In this document: positions 56,117 to 64,000 of the stretch, piece by piece
How positions within the stretch are numbered: position 1 is the stretch's first letter
Layout: every line of letters starts with the position of its first letter
The notes under the pieces: model-generated
The model's input: only the letters and a program-made list of their open reading frames with translations
Database searches by the model: none
What the model was told of the DNA's origin: nothing
Assembly (NCBI GenBank): GCA_016935525.1
Contig: JAFGQU010000021.1
Location: forward strand, 15,028-79,027
Direction of reading: 5' to 3'
From: Candidatus Omnitrophota bacterium
GTDB taxonomy: Bacteria; Omnitrophota; Gorgyraeia; Duberdicusellales; 4484-171
Length of the DNA: 64,000 nt
Made by a program: the position numbers and the translations under genes

Positions 56117-57226
56117 ATGAAGATATTAATGCCTTTAAACCCCACTGACAATATTGATATATTGATAAAAGGGGGTGCCGACGAGTTCTATTGCGGGTTT
56201 ATCCCGCCTGAGAGCAAAAATACTTATGTGAATATCCTTACCGAATATGAAAATAATGATTTTACTACCATAGAAGAATTAAAGAATAAAGCTGACATAA
56301 TTCATTCCTATGGAAAAAAAATATTTGTTGTATTGAATTTTCAGTATTATACCGAAGCTTTTTTAGAAATTCTATTATCTACAATCGAAAAATTGAATGA
56401 ACTGCCTATCGACGCGTTCATTTTAAGCGACCTGGGGTTGATCACTCAAGTCCGCGTTCGTTTTCCGGAAATAGAAGTCCACTTATCTACCGTAACCGGC
56501 GCATTCAACACCTACGCCCTACGTTTTTTCCAGGATCTGGGAGTTACCCGGATCGTATTGCCTGACCATTTAAATAACGATGAGATCGCAGCCCTTACCC
56601 AACATGCCCCAAAAATGCAACTGGAAATATTTGTAATGAACAATCGCTGCATTCATCTTGAATGCCTATGCCGGTTCCACCATTGGCAAAAAGGGCAACC
56701 CCACCCCGCACCTTCATCTCTTTCACGTACAACCCTGGGCCATATCAAACGTATCCTCAGGCAATTTCCCCACAAAATATTAGGGTTATTATTCAATAAT
56801 CCGGTTATCAAAAAAGTATTCGAGAATATTCTCAATCAGACAAGAGACCTGCATGGATGCCGTCTTCCCTTTGATGTTTCTCCGCTCAATCTTCCGGCAA
56901 CTCGCGAACGTATTCAGAAAGCTCAAGAATTAGAAAGATATTTCGGACCATTCCATGTGTTTATGCGCTATCCTCCATGCGGCGCCTGCACCTTATATCG
57001 GGCCTGGCACCAGGGCATAGACGTGTTTAAAATAGACGGGAGGTTCAATCCGTTCAGCAAAAAACTCAAAGACCTGCGTTTTATCATAGAATGCGCCGGG
57101 TTCCTCGCTCAGGCAAAAGATGAAAAGGAATTTATTGTATTCTGTAAAAATCGCTTTAAAAAAATATTCGGACATCGTTGTACTCACGAACAATGTTATG
57201 ATCTGAATATCTGGATACAGAATTAA
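56117..57226 (+). CDS. U32-family (peptidase U32 / Fe-S hydroxylase-like) protein
   Basis: GADEFYCG, DAFILSDLG, HLST, RIVLP, Cys cluster RCIHLECLC, CGAC, FKIDGR. Confidence 0.88.
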   Translation: MKILMPLNPTDNIDILIKGGADEFYCGFIPPESKNTYVNILTEYENNDFTTIEELKNKADIIHSYGKKIFVVLNFQYYTEAFLEILLSTIEKLNELPIDAFILSDLGLITQVRVRFPEIEVHLSTVTGAFNTYALRFFQDLGVTRIVLPDHLNNDEIAALTQHAPKMQLEIFVMNNRCIHLECLCRFHHWQKGQPHPAPSSLSRTTLGHIKRILRQFPHKILGLLFNNPVIKKVFENILNQTRDLHGCRLPFDVSPLNLPATRERIQKAQELERYFGPFHVFMRYPPCGACTLYRAWHQGIDVFKIDGRFNPFSKKLKDLRFIIECAGFLAQAKDEKEFIVFCKNRFKKIFGHRCTHEQCYDLNIWIQN

Positions 57227-58029
57227 TGGAACACGCTTATTATCTCACTCACACAGAAAACCTTCAGGACATAGATTTGGAAAATTTTCACCGTATCTAT
57301 TACGGAGCGGAATTTTGCGAATATCTTCTTCCCCGGTGGGAAGAAATAGAGAAAGCGCTCGATTTCTGTAATGAGCAAAAAAAAACATTCAGTTTTCTCA
57401 CCCCTATTGTGTCCGCTTATGGGATAGATGTGTTGATTCCGATATTTAAACGACTCAACACCTACAGTACTACTCATAATAGAAAGGTCGAAGTCATTGT
57501 AAACGATTTAGGGATATTATCCCTCCTTAAAGAATATTCATCGTTAGGAAAAGTAATCGGCCGGCTGCTCAGCAAACAGAGAACCGATCCTCGTATTGTA
57601 CGCTATCAGGATGATTTCACCGAAAGTCAATTGGATACACTGTCTCATTCACAATTTTCAAAAAGTTTCTGCGCCGCCCTTAAGGAATACAATATCATCC
57701 GTATCGAACTAGATAATCCTTTCCAGGGAATAGCCGATAGTTTTATACAGAATGGATTAGGCGTTTCTCTTTACTACCCTCTGGTTTCGATCGCGACGAC
57801 CCGGTTATGCCTTTTCAATATCAATGAGACCTATCACCTGCCCGAAATCAAAGAATGCAAAAAGAAGTCATGTAAGGCTCTGGGCACTTTCCGGCTCACC
57901 CACTCGACCCTTCCTGTTCCAATATTATTACAAGGGAACGCCCAACTGTATGAAAACAAGTCTTTACCTCCTGAATTAGAAAAAAAGGGTATCGATCGTC
58001 TTATCCATAACATTGGAATAGTTACTTGA
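57226..58029 (+). CDS. U32-related partner protein (UbiV-like)
   Basis: RIYYGAEFCE, EVIVNDLG, GRLL, RIELDN, TTRLC...C...C, GN; TAATG coupling to the upstream gene. Confidence 0.75.
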   Translation: MEHAYYLTHTENLQDIDLENFHRIYYGAEFCEYLLPRWEEIEKALDFCNEQKKTFSFLTPIVSAYGIDVLIPIFKRLNTYSTTHNRKVEVIVNDLGILSLLKEYSSLGKVIGRLLSKQRTDPRIVRYQDDFTESQLDTLSHSQFSKSFCAALKEYNIIRIELDNPFQGIADSFIQNGLGVSLYYPLVSIATTRLCLFNINETYHLPEIKECKKKSCKALGTFRLTHSTLPVPILLQGNAQLYENKSLPPELEKKGIDRLIHNIGIVT

Positions 58030-58082
58030 ACAGAATATATTATCCTTAAGAATAATATGAGCCATACAGATATAGAAGATTC

Positions 58083-58628
58083 ATGTCTTCATTAAACATC
58101 CCCACTCAATTTCCTGTTTTTACTATCGGCCATAGCACCCGCACTCAGGAAAAATTTCTCGCACTCCTTAATCAGCATGAAATAGATATGCTTGTTGATA
58201 TAAGAACCATTCCTCGTTCGCGACATAACCCTCAATTCAACCGGGAAATATTCGGTACGTTCTTAAGCAATCACCGGATAACCTATCTTCATCGGGACGG
58301 GTTAGGCGGATTACGGAAAATGAATAAAAATTCTCTGAACAACGCGTTAAAAAACAGATCATTCCGTGCGTACGCCGACTATATGGGAACCGATGGATTC
58401 CAACGTCATTTCACCGAACTGGTCCAAGAAACATATACTCACCGGCCGTGCCTTATGTGCGCAGAACTTCTCCCCTGGCGATGTCACCGCTGGCTTCTTG
58501 CCGATGCGTTCCACTTGGTCGGGATAAAGGTAACCCATATTGTTGATGAAACACATACCCAACCACACACTCCCCACCCCCATTTGAAAACAGACCTGTT
58601 CGGCCGCATGGTGTATCAAAATGGATAA
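58083..58628 (+). CDS. DUF488-family protein
   Basis: FTIGHSTR, VDIRTIPRSRHNPQF, LGG.R, LMCAE..WRCHR. Confidence 0.93.
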   Translation: MSSLNIPTQFPVFTIGHSTRTQEKFLALLNQHEIDMLVDIRTIPRSRHNPQFNREIFGTFLSNHRITYLHRDGLGGLRKMNKNSLNNALKNRSFRAYADYMGTDGFQRHFTELVQETYTHRPCLMCAELLPWRCHRWLLADAFHLVGIKVTHIVDETHTQPHTPHPHLKTDLFGRMVYQNG

Positions 58629-58629
58629 T

Positions 58630-58902
58630 TTCGTCGCGCGTATTGCGTACTGCGTATCGCGATTTACATGAAATATGTCCGCCTCCGGCAGACGAAATAT
58701 ACTCGCTCGCGCTCGTGGAATATGCTTACGCGAAATGAAATCCCGAAGGGATATCTAGTATTTCCTTGATTCATTTCTCGAGCCGTAAGGCGAAGAGAAA
58801 TACAATTGTATTTCCATCGCATTTGGACTGTATTTCAATAAAACCATTCCGCGCTTCAAATGTATCCCGGACGCGTTACGCGTGTCGCGTTACGCATTAC
58901 GA
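58630..58902. repeat. Mosaic of heptamer repeats and small hairpins between convergent genes
   Basis: GCGTAYT, GCGTTAC and GAAATA/TATTTC units; small GC-rich hairpins. Confidence 0.65.
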
Positions 58903-59505
58903 TTAGAGGATGGGTTTTCGTTCCAGGAGTGCTCTTCCCAGAGTGGCCGAATCGATGTATTCGATCTGTGCGCCTTGGGGGACACCGATGCCGATACGAT
59001 AAATCTTTACCTGATAAGGAGAAAGTTTCTCTATTAAAAACTGGGCGGTAAGTTCTCCTTCGTTATCGGCATCGGTCGAGATGATCACTTCCGTCACCTC
59101 TTGCTTTTCTACCCGGCTGATAAGTTTGCGTATGCTTAAAGAGTCGGGACCGAACCCTTCTAAAGGAGAGATAGATCCTAACAAGACATAATATAATCCT
59201 TTATATTGTGACGTTTTTTCGATCGCAAGGATATCTTTAGGTTCTTCCACCACACAGACTATATGAGTATCCCGTTTAGGATTACTACAGATAGAACAAA
59301 TAGATTGGGACGAAAAGTTATTACATAATTCGCAGGGTTTGATATGGGAATGTACATCGAGGATCTTCCGGCTCAAGTCGGATGATTCTTTTTGCGACAG
59401 TTTCAGTATGTAAAACGCAATACGTTCAGCACTGCGTTTTCCCACACCCGGAAACCGCGATAGATGTTCGATCAATTCGTCTAATTCTTTGGGGAAACTA
59501 CTCAT
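58903..59505 (-). CDS. recR: Recombination mediator RecR
   Basis: PGVGKRSAERIA, C4 zinc finger, VVEEPKD, LGSISPLEG, EGELTA. Confidence 0.97.
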   Translation of the reverse strand: MSSFPKELDELIEHLSRFPGVGKRSAERIAFYILKLSQKESSDLSRKILDVHSHIKPCELCNNFSSQSICSICSNPKRDTHIVCVVEEPKDILAIEKTSQYKGLYYVLLGSISPLEGFGPDSLSIRKLISRVEKQEVTEVIISTDADNEGELTAQFLIEKLSPYQVKIYRIGIGVPQGAQIEYIDSATLGRALLERKPIL

Positions 59506-59512
59506 ATTCTTA

Positions 59513-59609
59513 GGTCACAAAGTCACACGTTTCAAATATTTTTTTTAAATGAGTTATTAATAGCTCTTTCTTTACGTGTGACCTTGTGACGTGTGTCGTG
59601 TGACGTGTT
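59513..59609. repeat. Inverted GTCACAC/GTGTGAC heptamer repeat between dnaX and recR
   Basis: GTCACAAAGTCACACGT ... ACGTGTGACCTTGTGACGTGTGTCGTGTGACGTG. Confidence 0.78.
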
Positions 59610-61290
59610 ATACATCAAACGTCCCTTCAAACGTATCGAGGAGGTCATTTACCAGACCTTCCTCACCGGGGAAACCGTATTCTTTGCTCTGCATAGTATC
59701 GGGATTCCCTTTATCGGAAGCCTCTTCTTTCAAGAGAACAAATTTAATCCCGATTGCGGCGTTAAATTTCTTTTTCAGGCATTCTTCCAGATAAGAAGTA
59801 TTTTTAGCCTTCTCGACGATCTCTTTATGAAAAGAATATTGCCGGGAAAACCCTAATGTAAGTCTCTGCTTCTCATAGGAGATCAATGTCGATTCCGCAA
59901 GATACGAAGCAAGTGACATCCGTTCTTTCTTTATCTCAGAAAGGAATTCTTTCCAGCTTTGACGGATATATTCTAACGTCACGGTATCTACGACCTGTTC
60001 GGCCTGCGGCGGATCATCCTGAGAAAGTACCGTGTGAGGACCGTGCCGGGAAGGATTTTCTCCGATACCTTTAGGTGTAAGGATATCTTGTGCCGGCGCA
60101 AAATCGATATTTTTTTCTTTTTGCGGAGTAATTTCCGGTTGAGGTATTACCGGTTTTTGCGCAGACTGCTTTTGTTGAGGCCCGGGATGTTGAGGGTTAT
60201 CCTCAACCTGACAATATTTTATGAAGACTATTTCCAGGGGGATCCGTAACGAATCGAGTTTACGTCCCCAATCTTTTGCATCAAGCAGTAATTCGATCAA
60301 TTTCAGGATATCGGATATCCGGGTTTTTCGAGAAAGCTCTTTCAATATGTCTTTCGTCTGGGGCGACACATAGACCAGATCTTTAAGTACCTGCGGACTC
60401 AATTTCACTAAAGCGATATTACGCAGATGTTCGATGAAATACAGGAGAAAGGCGCCGAGGTCTTTCCCTTCTTCTACCAGGGTATTAAGGAAAGTCAGAG
60501 CATTCACGACATCTTTATTGATGATATAGCGAGTGACGGTATTTAATGTCTCTTCATCGATTATCCCCAGGAAAGAGGTGACTTCACCGGGATCTTTTTT
60601 GTCCAGAAGGATCGGGACAAACTGGTCAAGTAACGATTCGGCGTCACGGATGCTCCCGCCCGATACCCGGGCGATCGGATAAAACAATTTTTTATCCAGG
60701 GAGATATTTTCTTTCTCAGCGATATATTGGAGTTTTTCGACGATCTGTTCTGCCGGTAAAAGGTGAAATTGGAATTTCTGGCAACGGGAAAGGATCGTAG
60801 GCAATATCTTCTGAGGATGAGTCGTCGCAAAGATGAACTTTACATGGTGTGGCGGTTCTTCTAATGTCTTAAGTAACGCGTTGAACCCGTCCGTCGTGAT
60901 CTGATGGACTTCATCGATAATATATATCTTATAACGGGAATAGGTCGGCGAAAGCTTAACGTTTTCGCGTAATGTACGGATATCATCGATCCCGCGGTTA
61001 GAAGCGCCGTCGATCTCGATCACATCCAGAGATACTCCCCGGTCGATTTCGGTACAACTGGTACATTTCCCGCAAGGGGTAAGGGTAGGGCCTTCGAAAC
61101 AATTAAGCGACCTGGCGAGGATCCTCGCCAGACTTGTTTTACCTACCCCCCGGGGACCGCTGAAAAGGTAGGCATGATGGACCCGGTCACTGACAATCGC
61201 TTTTTTAAGTGCCGATACCACATGCGCCTGGCCGACGACTTCCTGGAAATTACGGGGACGATACTTTAGAGCAAATGCTTGATAATCCAT
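59608..61290 (-). CDS. dnaX: DNA polymerase III subunit gamma/tau
   Basis: KYRP..F.EVVGQ, GPRGVGKT, EIDGASNRG, IIDEVH, NALLKTLEEPP, SRCQ. Confidence 0.98.
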   Translation of the reverse strand: MDYQAFALKYRPRNFQEVVGQAHVVSALKKAIVSDRVHHAYLFSGPRGVGKTSLARILARSLNCFEGPTLTPCGKCTSCTEIDRGVSLDVIEIDGASNRGIDDIRTLRENVKLSPTYSRYKIYIIDEVHQITTDGFNALLKTLEEPPHHVKFIFATTHPQKILPTILSRCQKFQFHLLPAEQIVEKLQYIAEKENISLDKKLFYPIARVSGGSIRDAESLLDQFVPILLDKKDPGEVTSFLGIIDEETLNTVTRYIINKDVVNALTFLNTLVEEGKDLGAFLLYFIEHLRNIALVKLSPQVLKDLVYVSPQTKDILKELSRKTRISDILKLIELLLDAKDWGRKLDSLRIPLEIVFIKYCQVEDNPQHPGPQQKQSAQKPVIPQPEITPQKEKNIDFAPAQDILTPKGIGENPSRHGPHTVLSQDDPPQAEQVVDTVTLEYIRQSWKEFLSEIKKERMSLASYLAESTLISYEKQRLTLGFSRQYSFHKEIVEKAKNTSYLEECLKKKFNAAIGIKFVLLKEEASDKGNPDTMQSKEYGFPGEEGLVNDLLDTFEGTFDV

Positions 61291-61324
61291 AAATGTCTAA
61301 ATCCTCAATGTTCAAGCACCAATA

Positions 61325-61397
61325 TATAGTCGATAGTCGTTGGTCGACGGTCTTCAGTAATGAAACCAAAGACTCTAGACCATAGGCTAAAGACCGA
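61325..61397. repeat. Degenerate heptamer element
   Basis: TAGTCGATAGTCGTTGGTCG ... AGACTCTAGACCATAGG. Confidence 0.65.
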
Positions 61398-61438
61398 AGG
61401 ATTTTTTGGCCATTGATGTATATTTGAGAATTTACAAT

Positions 61439-61740
61439 TCATCTGTTCAAAGAAAACAACAACCCTATAAAAACGGCATAACTGAGCAATAACGCTACGC
61501 CTTCAAACCGACTTATTTTATCTTTTGCCTTCATCCCTGTAAAGAGAAGAATAGTGAATTTCCTCAGACTAAAAGTCCGAGGCTTCTTCACGTCCCGCCA
61601 AACTCCGTTCGGCGAAACATCCGCCTGAGGCGGATAATTTCTCGCATTCATCCCCGGTCTGAAGCCCGGGGATTTCTGCGTAGAAATTAAAAAGGCAATA
61701 CCGGTAATTCTAATTGTAATGCCAAAAGATCAATAATTAC
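61439..61740 (-). pseudogene. Degenerate duplicate of the Ca2+/Na+ antiporter 3' end
   Basis: ALQLELPVL...ILLFTGMKAKDKISRFEGVALLLSYAVF parallels ALKFELPVL...ILLFAVMKTKNKISRFEGMVLLLGYVVF at 63175-63330; broken by an insert. Confidence 0.85.
61555..61683. mobile_element. Non-autonomous IS200/IS605-type miniature element
   Basis: Subterminal hairpins CCTCAGAC-TAAAA-GTCCGAGG and TCCCCGG-TCTGAAGC-CCGGGGA; no ORF; interrupts the antiporter remnant. Confidence 0.72.
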
Positions 61741-61844
61741 CGAATCATTACAGATGCCAATGCCCTCTCACAAAAATGATATTGAAAGATGCCTATCTCT
61801 TTCCGGAACGGATAACTTGTTGTATTATACCATAAAAACCGCTT

Positions 61845-63005
61845 TCACCGTGCGGCGGTTTTAGTAAACATGTCTGCAAAAAACTGTTTGATGTGTTGCT
61901 GAGCATCCTTCTCGTCAAACCAGTAGCCCACATCAAGCACAAAAGGGGTCATGGTTTTCTGGTCATTGATCAAAACCTGATAGGGAGCTAAAGAAGGTAT
62001 TACTTCACAATGGACGTAGTCAAGAGAACTGGTATCCATATAATCACTTACATAATCACGCACCATTACCTTGATCTTATCGGTTACTCTTACCAGCAGA
62101 GTGGCAACGGCACTTCCTCCGGAATGAGCTAAAAGGCCGATCCGTCGGCTATCAATAACATCCAGATAACTAAGATATTTTAGGACCAATAATGTTTCAT
62201 ACACACGAAGTCCCATAAGGCTGAACCCGTCTGTTAATAAATCCCGTGTGATGCGGTTTTCAACACTAGAATATGACCTCATCGCGCGGAAATAAGGCAT
62301 AACCACCGCATAGCCTTCATTCACTAATTCCCGACCCATATGGTAATCACGGAAAAATACATCAGATTCCCGATGACCGTGCAGCCCGATAACTGCCGGA
62401 TAAGGAGGCGGAATAGTCGCAGGAAGTAACAGTAACACGTGGAATCTCCCGACATGAATATCTTCGAACACAAGTTCTTTCTCCTGGTATCTTTCATAAT
62501 CACGCTGAGCGATAGTAGTGACCACTAACGTCTTTTTATCTAGATCGTCAATTAAAAATCCGATATTCAACCCTTCAATGATCAATTGTTTTAACTCAGC
62601 AGGATCCAATCTGATCCCACCCGATTCTTTCGGTGCCGAAACCGGGATAATCTGCGCTATATTAGGAATACATGTCTTGCCGGCAATAGGGCCTTTATAA
62701 TACCTACTCTCCAATGTTATTATTGTAGATGTATCTTTTTTCCGGATCATCTGATGTATATCATGCTCCAATTCTTCCCAAATAACAGGACGGCGATAAC
62801 GACGATGACGCTGGCTAAAGGTATAGTAGGGAGCAAGCCAATAATCCTGTTCGTAATCTCCCACAATATACGGTGAAGCAAAATCGACCTTTTCAATAAT
62901 ACCGTTATGTTTTCGAGAAGATGACAATAGCATGAATACACCGATAACAACCCCAACAGCAAAAATTGTGAGGCTATTCCTGCATTTTTTACCGAAACCG
63001 CACAT
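61845..63005 (-). CDS. Membrane-anchored alpha/beta hydrolase
   Basis: N-terminal TM, PAVIGLHGH, D..RIGLLAHSGG nucleophile elbow. Confidence 0.85.
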   Translation of the reverse strand: MCGFGKKCRNSLTIFAVGVVIGVFMLLSSSRKHNGIIEKVDFASPYIVGDYEQDYWLAPYYTFSQRHRRYRRPVIWEELEHDIHQMIRKKDTSTIITLESRYYKGPIAGKTCIPNIAQIIPVSAPKESGGIRLDPAELKQLIIEGLNIGFLIDDLDKKTLVVTTIAQRDYERYQEKELVFEDIHVGRFHVLLLLPATIPPPYPAVIGLHGHRESDVFFRDYHMGRELVNEGYAVVMPYFRAMRSYSSVENRITRDLLTDGFSLMGLRVYETLLVLKYLSYLDVIDSRRIGLLAHSGGSAVATLLVRVTDKIKVMVRDYVSDYMDTSSLDYVHCEVIPSLAPYQVLINDQKTMTPFVLDVGYWFDEKDAQQHIKQFFADMFTKTAAR

Positions 63006-63174
63006 AAAAATCCAGCTGCCCCTCTCTCCTCACATGAGCTCTTGGTAATAATGAATGCTCCCGGCAAGAGATAAAAATGTGATTGCCGTTACCGAAAAAT
63101 ACCTCTCTATATCGTAGATCCCATCCGTATTGATCCCGCTCCTCCGGAAGCGTATATCTGAAGAGATATCAATT

Positions 63175-64000
63175 TCAAGAAAATGTAAATACTATTCCTA
63201 AAAAAACAACATAACCGAGCAATAACACCATGCCTTCAAACCGGCTTATTTTATTTTTTGTCTTCATAACCGCAAAAAGAAGAATACTGAAAAGAATCAA
63301 TACCGGCAACTCGAATTTTAATGCCGAAGAGCCGATAGATAACGGCTCGATACAGGCAACTATCCCTAACACAAAGATGATGTTGAATATATTACTCCCT
63401 ACGATATTGCCGATACTGATCGCGGGCACTTTTTTAAACGCCGCGGTAAGCGATGCGGCAAGTTCCGGCAATGAAGTACCTACCGCAAACATGGTCATTG
63501 CGATGATCCAGGGGCTTATCCCCAGAATCTTTGCTAACGTCACGCCGGATGAGACCATCACATAACTGCCGGCGATGATAGCCGAAAGCGAGATGAGAAA
63601 AAATATCATAATACCCCATCGTGAACGGGTCCGTTCGATAATAGGATAGAACCGGAAATGAGAGATATCGTCTTCAAGAAAAACCGGATTTTGAGCCGAT
63701 TTGAAAGAAAAATAACAGAACGCGATAAAAAGAAGGATAAACACTATCCCCTCCCAACGTTGGATCACCAGGTCAAGACTGAATATATAAAGAAGGACGG
63801 TCACAACTATCATAAACGGAGTCTCCCGCCGCAGGATACTGCGCTCTACCGTAAGCGGCGTAAATAGCGCGCAGAGACCAAGAATGAGCCCGATATTAGC
63901 GATATTACTGCCGACGATATTACCTAACGCGATCGCCGATTGTTTTTCAAATGCGGCGAGGATACCTACACCCGCTTCCGGCGCGCTGGTCCCGAACGCG
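63175..64000 (-). CDS. Calcium/sodium antiporter (YrbG/CaCA family), 5' end outside the window
   Basis: Frame is open to the window edge: AFGTSAPE..GNIVGSNIANI (alpha-1) and GTSLPE..GNIVGSNIFNI (alpha-2). Confidence 0.95.
   Translation of the reverse strand, partial: AFGTSAPEAGVGILAAFEKQSAIALGNIVGSNIANIGLILGLCALFTPLTVERSILRRETPFMIVVTVLLYIFSLDLVIQRWEGIVFILLFIAFCYFSFKSAQNPVFLEDDISHFRFYPIIERTRSRWGIMIFFLISLSAIIAGSYVMVSSGVTLAKILGISPWIIAMTMFAVGTSLPELAASLTAAFKKVPAISIGNIVGSNIFNIIFVLGIVACIEPLSIGSSALKFELPVLILFSILLFAVMKTKNKISRFEGMVLLLGYVVFLGIVFTFS

Noticed and set aside
45975-58029. One quinone pathway joining the prenyl synthase, ICMT-like methyltransferase and U32 pair
   Set aside because: The genes are in separate units up to 8 kb apart with unrelated genes between them, and no UbiA-like prenyltransferase is present.
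60590-60605. dnaX programmed -1 frameshift site (AAAAAAG)
   Set aside because: The run is in the AAA-AAA-G phase rather than A-AAA-AAG and lies too early in the gene.

Overview
A 64-kb bacterial chromosomal segment, probably from an uncultured anaerobe; the lineage cannot be fixed from sequence alone. Housekeeping genes include carB, a glutaminase-less GMP-synthase-type ATP pyrophosphatase, radC, rex, serC-serA, suhB, recR-dnaX and tRNA-Asn(GTT). Accessory content comprises a Fur-led NifB/NifX + MinD-ferredoxin operon, an AT-rich defence island (type I R-M, Fic, XRE-ImmA/IrrE, DUF4411) ending at a REP-flanked RAYT transposase, a PAS-GGDEF-PilZ/GT4/GH15 cluster, transporters, a two-component locus and a U32 pair. 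The most unusual signals are: (i) an ABC exporter operon encoding a CrtC/lipocalin-polyprenyl synthase fusion; (ii) a tRNA-Asn locus with duplicated 5' and 3' ends and a repeat array; (iii) a bipartite heptamer-repeat element placed right after stop codons; (iv) a six-copy motif array upstream of hsdM; (v) an unannotated Cys/His protein that appears to start at ATC; (vi) two candidate xSPP arrest-type leader peptides; and (vii) a duplicated antiporter 3' end interrupted by an IS200/IS605-type miniature element. No CRISPR array or rRNA was seen. All family calls are by motif recognition, not database search.
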